Of a DNA stretch of 64,000 nucleotides, positions 1 through 9,133 are shown piece by piece. Every line of letters starts with the position of its first letter. Within the stretch, counting starts at the first letter, position 1. The stretch comes from Lentisphaeria bacterium UBA1791 (GTDB lineage: Bacteria > Verrucomicrobiota > Lentisphaeria > Victivallales > Victivallaceae). The translations under genes and the position numbers were made by a program. Below the pieces are notes generated by a model, which had not been told where the DNA came from, did not search any database, and saw nothing but the letters and a program-made list of their open reading frames with translations. The stretch lies in assembly GCA_002314455.1 (NCBI GenBank), contig DCFZ01000049.1, positions 30,362 to 94,361 on the forward strand, read 5' to 3'.

Positions 1-199
1 AGAGCGTCTGATACAACTTGAATGCGCCAAAAGCGATCCCGCCGATCGCCGCGAAGAACAACAAGATGACGAAGGCAAATTGAATACGCCGCGCTTTTTC
101 GGTGGAGCACGCCGCGCGGATGTTCTGCATGCTTTCCCGGAAAAGTCCTGTCTTTTTCGCAGGCTTTGCCGCCGGAGCTTTTTGGGAGCTGATCTTCAC
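1..199 (-). CDS. Partial CDS (N-terminus only, continues past the window start): basic N-terminal segment followed by one hydrophobic helix; membrane-anchored protein of unknown function
   Basis: Own minus-strand translation from GTG at 199-197: VKISSQKAPAAKPAKKTGLFRESMQNIRAACSTEKARRIQFAFVILLFFAAIGGIAFGAFKLYQTL. An AAGGAAG motif lies 8 nt upstream and the frame stays open to position 1. It is absent from the ORF track because it has no stop in the window. Confidence 0.4.
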   Translation of the reverse strand, partial: MKISSQKAPAAKPAKKTGLFRESMQNIRAACSTEKARRIQFAFVILLFFAAIGGIAFGAFKLYQTL

Positions 200-220
200 G
201 AGTGCGACTTCCTTGTTGAC

Positions 221-1018
221 TTAAAATGCGTTTTCTTCGCCCGGGAATTTCCCGGCGCGGACTTCGTCGGCATATTGTTTCAACGCCTCGGTTGCAAGTT
301 TGCCGAGCGTGGCGTAGCGTTTGGCGTGGCGCGGCAGGAAATCGCCGCCGAGGCCGAGTACGTCGTGGAGCACTTGGACTTGCCCGGAACAGTCGGCTCC
401 GGAGCCGATGCCGATGGTCGGGATCGTCAAGTTTTCGGTGATCTTTTTGCCGAGCGTGGCGGGAATGCACTCCAACACCAGCGAAAAAGCCCCCGCTTCC
501 TCGATGATCTTGGCTTCGGCGAGCAAACGCGCGGCGTCTTCTGCCGTTTTGCCCTGCACCTTGTAGCCGCCAATCGCCTGAACGTGCTGCGGCATCAGAC
601 CCATATGCGCCATCACCGGAATCCCGGCGGTGACCAGTTGTCTGATCAGGGGGGCGACTTCTGCGCCGCCCTCGAGTTTGACGGCGTCGGCGCCCGCTTC
701 CTTGAGCGCGCGTGCCGCGTTGCGGAGCGCTTCGGCGGTATCCGCCTGATAACTCATAAAGGGCATATCAAAGACAACGAACGCGTCGGGCGCGCCGCGG
801 CGCACCGCCTTGGTGTGGTGAAGCATTTCGTCCATCGTCATCGGGATCGTGCTCGCCAACCCCAGCACCGTCATCGCGACCGAATCGCCGACGAGCAGAA
901 TGTCGATGCCCGCTTCCTGCGCGAAACGCGCCGCCGGAGCGTCGTAGCTGGTTACCATAACCAATTTTTCATTTGCCGCTTTGCGCTTGGCAAATGTCGA
1001 AACGTTGATCTTTTTCAT
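221..1018 (-). CDS. panB: 3-methyl-2-oxobutanoate hydroxymethyltransferase (pantothenate biosynthesis)
   Basis: The 265-aa ORF is collinear with the PanB family, e.g. MVTSYDAPAARFAQEAGIDILLVGDSVAMTVLG, VVFDMPFMSY, AVKLEGG, PVMAHMGLMPQ, LVLECIP, IPTIGIGSG..CSGQVQVLHD. Confidence 0.95.
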   Translation of the reverse strand: MKKINVSTFAKRKAANEKLVMVTSYDAPAARFAQEAGIDILLVGDSVAMTVLGLASTIPMTMDEMLHHTKAVRRGAPDAFVVFDMPFMSYQADTAEALRNAARALKEAGADAVKLEGGAEVAPLIRQLVTAGIPVMAHMGLMPQHVQAIGGYKVQGKTAEDAARLLAEAKIIEEAGAFSLVLECIPATLGKKITENLTIPTIGIGSGADCSGQVQVLHDVLGLGGDFLPRHAKRYATLGKLATEALKQYADEVRAGKFPGEENAF

Positions 1019-1091
1019 AATGCAAAAGCCCTTCTTGAGAAAAATATCTTATATAATATGCCAGTCGCGTGCACTTTTTGCAAATTTTCTT

Positions 1092-1120
1092 TTGCACAAA
1101 AGCGGCTTTGGTGCTATCTT
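1092..1120 (+). promoter_or_regulatory. Candidate sigma70-type promoter for rnr (TTGCAC - 17 nt - TATCTT, TG at the extended -10 position)
   Basis: Hexamers read directly at 1092-1097 and 1115-1120, about 34 nt upstream of the rnr ATG. This is the same architecture seen upstream of other genes in this window. Confidence 0.4.
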
Positions 1121-1153
1121 TTTAATGCAATACATCCAAGTGAGGAGGTCAAG

Positions 1154-3124
1154 ATGAAAAAAGAACGGAAAAAAAGATTGCGTCACCTCGCTGAACGCCG
1201 CATGGAGCGCCAGGCCCGCCGCTCGGCGGGAGAACTTACCGGTGTTTTGACGGTCACCAACAACGGATTCGGTTTTGTCGCCCCCGAAAACGGCGACGAG
1301 GATGTTTTCATCCCCGCGCCGATGGTCAACGGCGCGATTGACGGCGATCGGGTCAAGGTCGAACTGTTGCCGCCGCGGCCTCCGCTGCCCGGAGAAGCGG
1401 AAAAAGGTCCCGCCGGGCGCGTCATCGAGATCATCGAGCGCAAACGCGACGCATTTGTCGGCGAATTGCTCGACGGCAACCGCATCCGGCCGCTCAATAC
1501 CCGGTTGCCGGATGAGATCGTGCTGAAAGGCGGTCGCCGCGGCGCCCGGAAAGGCGACTGGGTGAAGTTTCATATCGGCGACGGGGAAAACGGCGTCTGG
1601 AGCGGCGAGATTGAGTCATCGCTCGGCAGGGCAGGGGTGCTCGCCGCCGACCTCGACGCGGCGATGGCGGAATACCACTTGGAGGGGCGTTACTCCGCCG
1701 AGGAGGACGCCGCCGCCGAAGCGATCGTGCCGCGCGAGATCGCGCGCGCCGACCGCCGGAATCTGCTCGCCGTCACCATCGACCCGGTCGACGCCAAGGA
1801 TTTCGACGATGCGCTTTCCATCGTGCCCGGCGACGATCCCAATATCGTGACAATCGGCGTTCACATTTCGGACGTCGCCGCCTATATCGCGCCCAAAACG
1901 ACCTTTGATCAGGCGGCGGCGAAACGCGGTTTCAGCTGTTATCTGCCGGGGCGCACCCTGCCGATGTTGCCGCCGGCACTGACGAAAAAAATCAGTTTGC
2001 AGGTCGGTCAGGAAAGTTTCGCCCATACGGTTTTCCTCGACGTCGACCGCGCGACCGGCGAGGTCAAAGCGTTTCGCCGCGAACATTCGCTGCTACGCAT
2101 CGCCTACCGGCTCGATTATCCGGCGGTGCAGAAGTTTGCCGACGAAAACGTCGCGCCTGACACGTGGAGCGCCGAATTGCGCGAGACGCTGAAAGTTTTG
2201 CTTGACGTGACGCGCAAAATGCGCCGTTTCCGCGCCGAAAAGGAAGCGTTCATCGAATTGCCGTTGCCGGAGATCCGCATTCTCTGCTCGGAGGGTGAAA
2301 ACAAGATCCTCGGGCTGGAAAAGAAACTTTCCGCCGAGTCCGAGCAATTGGTCGAGGAGTGCATGCTTGCCGCCAACAGCGCCGTCGGCACGGAGTTGAT
2401 CGAGCGCGGCATCGCCGGCATTTTCCGCGTTCACCCGGAACCGGAAACGGAAAAGGCGATGGAATTTGCCGACTTGATGCAGGACGGTTTTCACCTTGCC
2501 TGCGGCGACATCACCGAAAGAAGCAATTGCAATCACTTCATCGCTTCTTTGCCTGACGATCCGCGCCGCGAAGTGATTATGAGCGCCTTGTTGCGTTCGT
2601 TGCCGCGCGCCTATTATGCCGCCGAAGCATCAATCCACTTCGCGCTGGGCAAATTGCGCTACAGCCACTTCACCAGCCCGATCCGCCGCTACCCCGACTT
2701 GACGGTGCATCAGCAGTTGTGGAACTTTGATTCGCAGATGCGCTTGCGCAATCACCACTCGCTGGAAAAGGTCGCCGAGATGTGTTCCGAACTCGAAGAA
2801 AACAACGACAACGCCTACTACGCCGCTTCCGACCGGCTGAAACTGCGTTATCTTGAAGAAAAGCTCGAAGCCGGCGACGATGCCCTTTACGATGGCGTGA
2901 TCGCCCGGGTGCTTTCGGGCGGATTGCAGGTCGACGTGCCCGAGCTCGGTATCTACGGTTTTGTGCCGCTCGGTCAGCTCGGCGGCAATTTCGACCGCGG
3001 CAAAAATGTCCTGCACGAGGCGCATGGCGTTCGCAGTTACCGTTGCGGCGACGCGCTCAAAGTGCGGCTGGCGCGCGTTGATTTCGACCGCAACAGCGCC
3101 GTTTTCGTCCCTGCGGGGCGTTGA
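1154..3124 (+). CDS. rnr: Ribonuclease R (RNB-family 3'-5' exoribonuclease with N-terminal cold-shock/OB domain and C-terminal S1 domain)
   Basis: This is the in-frame ATG at 1154 inside the 80..3124 ORF, preceded by GAGGAGG at 1143-1149. RNase R hallmarks: GVLTVTNNGFGFVAPE (CSD), LLAVTIDPVDAKDFDDALS, GVHISDVAAY, YLPGRTLPMLP, HFALG...YSHFTSPIRRYPDLTVHQQL. The upstream 358 codons of the ORF are antisense to panB and were discarded. Confidence 0.93.
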   Translation: MKKERKKRLRHLAERRMERQARRSAGELTGVLTVTNNGFGFVAPENGDEDVFIPAPMVNGAIDGDRVKVELLPPRPPLPGEAEKGPAGRVIEIIERKRDAFVGELLDGNRIRPLNTRLPDEIVLKGGRRGARKGDWVKFHIGDGENGVWSGEIESSLGRAGVLAADLDAAMAEYHLEGRYSAEEDAAAEAIVPREIARADRRNLLAVTIDPVDAKDFDDALSIVPGDDPNIVTIGVHISDVAAYIAPKTTFDQAAAKRGFSCYLPGRTLPMLPPALTKKISLQVGQESFAHTVFLDVDRATGEVKAFRREHSLLRIAYRLDYPAVQKFADENVAPDTWSAELRETLKVLLDVTRKMRRFRAEKEAFIELPLPEIRILCSEGENKILGLEKKLSAESEQLVEECMLAANSAVGTELIERGIAGIFRVHPEPETEKAMEFADLMQDGFHLACGDITERSNCNHFIASLPDDPRREVIMSALLRSLPRAYYAAEASIHFALGKLRYSHFTSPIRRYPDLTVHQQLWNFDSQMRLRNHHSLEKVAEMCSELEENNDNAYYAASDRLKLRYLEEKLEAGDDALYDGVIARVLSGGLQVDVPELGIYGFVPLGQLGGNFDRGKNVLHEAHGVRSYRCGDALKVRLARVDFDRNSAVFVPAGR

Positions 3125-3146
3125 AATGCAAGGCGGAAGCTGACTT

Positions 3147-3175
3147 TTGCAAAATGCGCTTTTTTGTGCTATATT
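3147..3175 (+). promoter_or_regulatory. Candidate promoter for nth (TTGCAA - 17 nt - TATATT)
   Basis: Hexamers at 3147-3152 and 3170-3175, 27 nt upstream of the nth ATG. Confidence 0.5.
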
Positions 3176-3201
3176 ACGCAAATTGCATTTGAGGAAACTT
3201 T

Positions 3202-3840
3202 ATGGGCAGAAAAACGCAATATCTCAATACCGTCTACGACCGGCTGTACGCCGTGTACGGCGAATGCGGTTGTCCGTTGCGGCACGCCTCGCCCTTTCAA
3301 TTGCTGGCGGCGGTGATGCTGTCGGCACAGTGCCGCGACGATCGGGTCAACGAAGTGACGCTTGAACTCTTTGCGCTGGCGCCCGACGCCCGGGAAATGG
3401 CGGCGCTTCCTGTAGAAAAGATCGCGGATGTGATCCATTCGCTCGGACTTTACGGCGCCAAGGCGCGCAATCTGCAGAGCGCGGCAAAGAGGATCGTCGA
3501 AGTCTACCACGGCAACGTGCCCAAGACGATGGCGGATTTGACCACGCTTGCCGGCATCGGCAGAAAAAGCGCCAACGTCGTGCTCGGCAACGCTTTTGGC
3601 ATCCCCGGATTTCCCGTTGATACGCACGTTAATCGCGTGTTGAACCGCCTCGGCGCCGTCGCCGTCGATTCGCCTGAAGCGATCGAAAAGATCATCAATC
3701 GCGAAGTCGATGCGGCGCGCTGGACGAATTTTTCTCACTTGCTGATCCAACACGGTCGCCGCGTCTGCGACGCCCGCAAGCCGCAATGCGGTGCGTGTGT
3801 GCTCGCGGATCTCTGCCGTTACAAAAGGAAAAACGCCTGA
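3202..3840 (+). CDS. nth: Endonuclease III (DNA-(apurinic/apyrimidinic site) lyase / glycosylase)
   Basis: 212 aa. It has an HhH-GPD region (LTTLAGIGRKSANVVLGNAFG.PGFPVDTHV.RV) and a C-terminal 4Fe-4S motif C-x6-C-x2-C-x5-C (CDARKPQCGACVLADLC). Confidence 0.93.
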   Translation: MGRKTQYLNTVYDRLYAVYGECGCPLRHASPFQLLAAVMLSAQCRDDRVNEVTLELFALAPDAREMAALPVEKIADVIHSLGLYGAKARNLQSAAKRIVEVYHGNVPKTMADLTTLAGIGRKSANVVLGNAFGIPGFPVDTHVNRVLNRLGAVAVDSPEAIEKIINREVDAARWTNFSHLLIQHGRRVCDARKPQCGACVLADLCRYKRKNA

Positions 3841-4577
3841 TGAATTCCGTCGTTTACCAATTCCGTCAAGTCAAGAAACTGCCGATCTGGATCTACTGGT
3901 TGCCGGCGGGGTTGATGTGGCTGATCTTTCACACGTTCTTTCGCTTCAAGCTGGATGATCCGCTCGACCAGTGCAATCACGATCCGCACAAGATCGTCGG
4001 CGTGGCGTGGCACAACCGGTTGCTCTTTCTGCCGCTGGTATTCCCGAAATTCCTGCGCAAACGCACGCTTGCCGTGATCAGTCCGTCGCGCGACGGGCAG
4101 TATCTTTCGGACTTCATCTCGCTTTTCGGCGTCGGCGCGTTGCGCGGATCTTCGTCGAAAAAGGGGGCGCAGGCGCAGTTGGGGGCGTTCCGGGCGATGG
4201 ACGAGGGAAAGATCGTCATTTTTACCCCGGATGGCCCGCGCGGACCGCGCTACCATTTGAAGCCGGGGCCGATCCACCTTGCTTCCAACAGCGGCGGCAC
4301 CATCGTGCCGTTGATCGTGAATTACTCCCGTTATTGGCAGTTGCACAGCTGGGATGGCTTCCAGATACCGAAGCCGTTTTCGCGGATCACGCTGTCGATC
4401 GGCGCGCCGATCACGGTGCCCAAAGAGCTCAACGCCGAAGAATTGGAAGCGTATCGCGACCAGGTGGAAAAAGCGATGCTCGCGCTTACTTTTGACCGCG
4501 AAGTTTTTCGCGGAAAGCCCCGGGCGGAAGCCCCCGCCGCTTGCGGAACACCCGTGAAAAATAAAACTGATCGCTGA
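3840..4577 (+). CDS. DUF374 / lysophospholipid-acyltransferase-like (LPLAT superfamily) protein
   Basis: The ATG at 3840 overlaps the nth TGA (TGATG). Motifs typical of DUF374: WHNRLLFLP, SPSRDGQYLS, GALRGSSSKKGAQA, FTPDGPRGPRY, SWDGFQIPKPFSR. Confidence 0.8.
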   Translation: MNSVVYQFRQVKKLPIWIYWLPAGLMWLIFHTFFRFKLDDPLDQCNHDPHKIVGVAWHNRLLFLPLVFPKFLRKRTLAVISPSRDGQYLSDFISLFGVGALRGSSSKKGAQAQLGAFRAMDEGKIVIFTPDGPRGPRYHLKPGPIHLASNSGGTIVPLIVNYSRYWQLHSWDGFQIPKPFSRITLSIGAPITVPKELNAEELEAYRDQVEKAMLALTFDREVFRGKPRAEAPAACGTPVKNKTDR

Positions 4578-5337
4578 AGCCGGAAGCAAATGCCGCTTCG
4601 GCGACGGAAGCGTCCGGATGCGCTTTCCAGAAACGTTCCGCCAGGTTCAACCGGTATTCGATGACCAGCTCCTTGAAATTGGTCTGGTAGTTCCGGCGCA
4701 GAAACTGCGAGATCGTCGAAACGCTGCAACGCATTTTTTTCGCCATTTCCGGCAATAAGATCGTGCCGGTCGCGTTTTTTTCGATGTAGCGATCAATTTC
4801 CTGCCGCAAACGGTCGTCCTGAACGACTGCGAGTTCCCGCACGGCGATGTAGTCGATCAGCGTTTTAAAGAGTCCGAGGATGCCGTCCATCTTGCTCTGA
4901 CTGAAAGAGGGCAATTCCAGATACGCCTTGCGCAACGCTTCGCGCTTTGCCGGATCCTCGATCTCGTCGATCCACTCCGGCATTTTCGCCTCGTCGAGCG
5001 TAAATTGCCCGATCATCAGAAATCCGGCGAGTTTGCCGTGGACGCAGATCGGCGCGATGCCTTCGTAAAGCCCGGCGTGGCAACGGTAAAGCGAAACGTC
5101 GTGGTACTCCGCCGCTTCGCTCTGCTTGAGCTGGTCGAGCGAAAGACAACGGTCGAGTTTACCCATTTCCTCCTGAACGATCCGGCAGAATTCGCAGTTG
5201 CGCATCGCCTTGCCGCGCCGCAACCGCTCGCCCGTAATCGAAAAAAGCGTTACCCGCACGTCCAGCAAGGCGGCAAAATCGTCCAGCAGACCCTGAACTT
5301 CGTCGCTCAAAAAAAGATCGACAGATCGCGTGTTCAT
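4486..5337 (-). CDS. PocR-sensor-domain / AraC-family (HTH_18) transcriptional regulator
   Basis: 283 aa. The N-terminal region has a Cys/His pattern typical of PocR (NCEFCRIV...CHAGLYEGIAPI...GFLMIGQF). The C-terminal AraC HTH is recognisable (MAKKMRCSVSTISQFLRRNYQTNFKELVIEYRLNLAE...ASGFSDQFYFSRVFRKRRGLPPGAFR). Confidence 0.85.
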   Translation of the reverse strand: MNTRSVDLFLSDEVQGLLDDFAALLDVRVTLFSITGERLRRGKAMRNCEFCRIVQEEMGKLDRCLSLDQLKQSEAAEYHDVSLYRCHAGLYEGIAPICVHGKLAGFLMIGQFTLDEAKMPEWIDEIEDPAKREALRKAYLELPSFSQSKMDGILGLFKTLIDYIAVRELAVVQDDRLRQEIDRYIEKNATGTILLPEMAKKMRCSVSTISQFLRRNYQTNFKELVIEYRLNLAERFWKAHPDASVAEAAFASGFSDQFYFSRVFRKRRGLPPGAFREKLRGQK

Positions 5338-5502
5338 GAAGGTTTTCCTCTGTTTGAATTACTTGAATATGTATTAATATAAGCCATCTTTGCAAAAAAG
5401 TCCATAGCACTTGACGAAAAAACTATTTTCAAAATCGCGTTGAGGCGCTATAGTATATCAAAGACATCCCAATCATAACATAGAAAAAGTGGAGAGTATA
5501 TC

Positions 5503-6576
5503 ATGGCTTTCGATTTGAAAAAGATTTACGCCGCCTTTGCCGTCGATGACGCCTTTGTCAACGCAGTCGCCTACGGCACCGGACACATCAACGACACCTA
5601 CAAAATGGATTGCGCGCACTCCTCGTACATCGTCCAGCGGCTCAATACCTCGATTTTCCGCCAGCCGGAACTGCTGATGGAAAACTTTCAGCGCGTCACC
5701 GCGCACATCGCCAAAAAGATCGCCGCCGAAAAGAGCGACCGCAAGACGCTTCACTTGGTGATGGCGCGCGCGACGGGCAACCCCTATTATCGCGATGAGG
5801 AAAACAATTTCTGGCGTTGCTATCACTTCGTCGATCAGGCGCGCACCTACGATATTCTGGAAACGCCGGAACAGGCGTTTCAGGCGGCGGCGGCTTTCGG
5901 TCAATTCCAGTGCGACCTCGCCGACCTCGAACGCCTCAACGAGACGATCGTCGATTTCCACAACACGCCGAGCCGGTTGCACAACCTTGAAATGGCGATC
6001 CAAAAGGATTGCTGTCACCGCCTTGCCAAAGTCGGCAAAGAGGTCGATTTCGTGATGAGCCGCGCCGCGGACTGCTCGCGGCTCGTCGATCTGCAGAAAA
6101 AAGGGGAACTTTCTGAACGCACGACCCACAACGACACCAAGCTCAACAACGTCCTGATCAACCCCGACACCCAGCGCGCCGTCTGCGTCATCGACCTCGA
6201 TACGACGATGCCGGGTCTGCCGCATTACGATTTCGGCGATATGGTCCGCACCGGCACCAGTCCCGCCGCCGAGGATGAACGCGATCTTTCGCTCGTCGGC
6301 ATGCGCTTTGAAATGTTTGAAGCGCTGCTCCGCGGCTATTTGAGTCAGGCGAAGTTTCTCAATCCGCTTGAAAAGGAATTGCTGCCTTTTTCCGGCAAGC
6401 TCATCACGCTGGAAATCGGCATTCGCTTTTTGACCGACTATCTCGAGGGCGACGTCTATTTCAAGACCAAGCGCGAGGATCACAACCTCGACCGTTGCCG
6501 CACCCAGTTCAAACTGGTCGAGTCGATCGAAAGTCAGCTCGACGCGATGCAAAAGCTCAACGCTTCCATTCGCTAA
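5503..6576 (+). CDS. nahK: N-acetylhexosamine 1-kinase-like (APH-fold sugar kinase of the GNB/LNB pathway type)
   Basis: 357 aa, collinear by eye with the bifidobacterial NahK family: GTGHINDTYK, QRLNTSIF, FHNTPSRL, HNDTKLNNVLI, VIDLDTTMPG, YDFGDM, LLPFSGKLITLEIGIRFLTDYLEGDVYF, HNLDRCRTQFKLV. Confidence 0.8.
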   Translation: MAFDLKKIYAAFAVDDAFVNAVAYGTGHINDTYKMDCAHSSYIVQRLNTSIFRQPELLMENFQRVTAHIAKKIAAEKSDRKTLHLVMARATGNPYYRDEENNFWRCYHFVDQARTYDILETPEQAFQAAAAFGQFQCDLADLERLNETIVDFHNTPSRLHNLEMAIQKDCCHRLAKVGKEVDFVMSRAADCSRLVDLQKKGELSERTTHNDTKLNNVLINPDTQRAVCVIDLDTTMPGLPHYDFGDMVRTGTSPAAEDERDLSLVGMRFEMFEALLRGYLSQAKFLNPLEKELLPFSGKLITLEIGIRFLTDYLEGDVYFKTKREDHNLDRCRTQFKLVESIESQLDAMQKLNASIR

Positions 6577-6893
6577 ATCGATTAAAAACGGAAAAAGCGT
6601 TTATATTTCTCCATAGAGGAACAACGATGGAGGAATTATGAAAAACTGCAAGCTGCCCGCTTCGACGTTACCCCGCCCCGGCGAAGCCTTTTGCGGAAAA
6701 TAGACGCACTTGCCGTGTGCCGCGCCGCCGGCGCGGACACAGAACTTAAGGGGACAAAGGCGACGGTAATAGTTCCGTTCGCAGTCCTGCCTATCTCAGT
6801 ATAAGACCCCGCTTTTGCGAACTTCGGGAGAGCCAAGAGAGGGCGAATGAGCCCTCTCTTAGCTCCCATCACGCTACGAGATCGGATGAGGGC

Positions 6894-6936
6894 AAAAAAA
6901 TGGCTGTTGCTTGCCGGTCAAGGTTTTGCAACAGCC
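6894..6936 (-). terminator. Rho-independent terminator of the 6956..9022 lipoprotein gene
   Basis: On the minus strand, a 9-bp perfect stem GGCTGTTGC/GCAACAGCC (6902-6910 / 6928-6936) is followed by a run of 7 T (plus-strand A run at 6894-6900). Confidence 0.7.
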
Positions 6937-6955
6937 TCTTGGAAAAAAGCTGGAG

Positions 6956-9022
6956 TCAGCGTACGCGCAAAATGATGTTGCCGTAACAGGGAACTTGTTT
7001 GTCGATGGTGACGCCGCGACCGTTGAAGGTGAATTTCAGCGGTTTGTAGACGCCGTCGCCGTCGAGAAATTCGACCGAGTGCACTTTTTCGCGGGTGCGC
7101 AGATCGATGTTTTCCAGCGCGTCAAAGCCGAGGTTGACCAGCGCGATCATATAGCCGCCGTCGTCGCGTCTGCCGCAACGCAAATAGATCGGCTGTTCTT
7201 CCCCGGCGTAGAAGGGGACGACTTCGGAATCGAGCCGGCGCAGAAGTTCCAGCAAAAACGCCTTGATTTCGGGAGCCCGGTCGTTGTAGGGATTGTAGCC
7301 GACGCCGATTGAACGGGTGATGACGGTGCCGCCAGCCGGATTTTTGTAGAGGATCGTGCCGGGGGCGACAAAGGTGCGTTTGCCCGTTGCCTTGTCGACG
7401 ATGGAAAGCTCGCCAAGCATGATCGCATTCTGGTTGACGTCGGTCAGTTTCGGGAGCGTGCCGTTGTTCTGATAGCGCATGGTCCAATAAGGTTCGATGC
7501 ACATTTTTTCGCCGCTTGTGCGGTAAAATTCTTTTTTGGGCACACAGCCGAGGTAGCTTGCCATGCCGCGTTCGGCGATCTTGAGCGCGGCGTAGCCGTC
7601 GACGATCGCCTTGCTGCTCAAAATAGTCTTTAATTCTTCATCGGTGAGACATTCGGCGATCGTGCCGTCGACGAGGTAGACCGCTTTGCCGTCGACATAC
7701 TCGTAATGCGCGGGGATGCCGTAGCGGTTGCAAAGGACGATCTGCCAATCGTGCAAGTTGGCGAAACTGCGGAGCGCACGCGCCGGATTGAAATCCTTGG
7801 TGACGTCGACGAGCGGCGTAACAGGTCCAAGCCAGGTGATATGGGGCATTTCGGCGAGCAAAGCGTCGTAGAAAAGACGGTTTTCTTTGAGGATCTTTTC
7901 GTAGGCGGCGGTTGAGGTTTTGACGTCTTTATTCAGCAAATTGGTGATCCAGAGCTTGCCGCCCGACGCGCCGTTGAGGATGGCGCCGGTGATATGGCTG
8001 TGCATGCTGATCGCGCTCTTGGCGTAGCGGCTGTGCGGACAGGTGTCGGATTCGTCGAGAATGTAATCGACATTGCCCGCGGCGCGCGCTTTGAAAGCGC
8101 AGTGGTACATCACTTCGTTGAATTCCTGCGTCATCCCCTCGAGGTAGTTGCCGTCGTTGATGCGCATAAAGGATTCGTTTTTACCGGCGAGCGTGCGGGC
8201 GATCTCGCCCGCGAGAAGGTATTCGCCGCCGCCCGAGCAGTAGCCGCATTTGATCGAGGGATCGACCGAATCGATCGCGTCACGCACCAGTTTCGCATAG
8301 CCGAGCAAGGTCGCGCGGCGCTCCGCCTCAAAGATCTTGACGCAGGGATCGTCGGCGGGGGCTTTTTCAAGATAGGCGATGAGTTCCTGCGCGGAAGAGA
8401 ATTTTTTCGGCATTTTCTCGTTGTAGAGCTTCATGTGCGAGGCGCAGAAACATTCGACTCCGTTGGAACTGTTGTTGATCGTGCGCATATCGTCGTCCAT
8501 CAGGAAAAAGGCGGGGTGCTGTTTGGCGAGCAACACCATCGCGTCAAAGGTGTACTGGCGGAATTTCGGGTCGAGCATGCAGTGACGGTAGACGGTCTGA
8601 TTTTTCTGATTGATCGAGTATTCCATCGGATTTTCGGTCGTCGCCGCACCCGCCCAGCCGTGCCCGACGAGGCTCTGAACGAGGATGCCGACTTCGATAT
8701 TGGAATCCTTGAGGCCCGCTTTTAATTCGCCGAACGCATTGGCGTAGGTTTCGACGACCTTGATCGGTTCTTTCCCGGTCGGCATAATCGACATATTGTA
8801 GGCGTTTTTGGTGATGCCGGAAGCTGCCGCGGCGCGTTTCGCCTCGGTGATCATGTAGGGAACTTGCGCCGGGTTGAAATAGGTGATGCTGATGAAATTC
8901 ATCTTTTTGGCATCAGGGTAGGCGAGGAGCGGCGAAGTTTTCGCCGACGGCGTGACATCGCTGCAACAACCGCCCAACGCGGCGGCGATCGCGAGCATAC
9001 TGTACAAACAATATCTTTTCAT
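6956..9022 (-). CDS. Large lipoprotein of unknown function (688 aa), possibly glycan-related by context only
   Basis: The start was moved to the ATG at 9022 (MKRYCLYSMLAIAAALGGCCSD, a lipobox LGGC). The frame is uninterrupted for 688 codons, with its own promoter-like and terminator elements. I recognise no family motif. Confidence 0.75.
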   Translation of the reverse strand: MKRYCLYSMLAIAAALGGCCSDVTPSAKTSPLLAYPDAKKMNFISITYFNPAQVPYMITEAKRAAAASGITKNAYNMSIMPTGKEPIKVVETYANAFGELKAGLKDSNIEVGILVQSLVGHGWAGAATTENPMEYSINQKNQTVYRHCMLDPKFRQYTFDAMVLLAKQHPAFFLMDDDMRTINNSSNGVECFCASHMKLYNEKMPKKFSSAQELIAYLEKAPADDPCVKIFEAERRATLLGYAKLVRDAIDSVDPSIKCGYCSGGGEYLLAGEIARTLAGKNESFMRINDGNYLEGMTQEFNEVMYHCAFKARAAGNVDYILDESDTCPHSRYAKSAISMHSHITGAILNGASGGKLWITNLLNKDVKTSTAAYEKILKENRLFYDALLAEMPHITWLGPVTPLVDVTKDFNPARALRSFANLHDWQIVLCNRYGIPAHYEYVDGKAVYLVDGTIAECLTDEELKTILSSKAIVDGYAALKIAERGMASYLGCVPKKEFYRTSGEKMCIEPYWTMRYQNNGTLPKLTDVNQNAIMLGELSIVDKATGKRTFVAPGTILYKNPAGGTVITRSIGVGYNPYNDRAPEIKAFLLELLRRLDSEVVPFYAGEEQPIYLRCGRRDDGGYMIALVNLGFDALENIDLRTREKVHSVEFLDGDGVYKPLKFTFNGRGVTIDKQVPCYGNIILRVR

Positions 9023-9064
9023 GACGTTTTTCCCTTTGTTTTTTGAAACGGCGCAATACCCCTT

Positions 9065-9093
9065 AATATAATGCAGAAAAAGGCAAAATACAA
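9065..9093 (-). promoter_or_regulatory. Candidate promoter for the lipoprotein gene (minus strand: TTGTAT - 17 nt - TATATT)
   Basis: The reverse complement of 9088-9093 gives the -35 and of 9065-9070 gives the -10. It lies about 43 nt upstream of the ATG at 9022. Confidence 0.45.
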
Positions 9094-9133
9094 GAAGGCG
9101 GCGCAATGAATTCGGCGAGGTCGAAATGCGGAA

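Noticed and set aside
80-1153. N-terminal 358 codons of the listed 1014-aa ORF (80..3124)
   Set aside because: This part is antisense to the well-supported panB gene. It has an R/G/A/F-rich nonsense composition and uses a TTG start. A proper SD and ATG at 1154 begins the recognisable RNase R sequence.
6740-6830. TPP riboswitch on the minus strand (CUGAGA box and an ACGG-AACUAUUA-CCGU hairpin resembling the pyrophosphate-sensor helix)
   Set aside because: The order of elements is wrong: CUGAGA precedes rather than follows the P3 hairpin. The ACCC/GGGG P2 pairing is absent, and no thiamine-related gene lies downstream.
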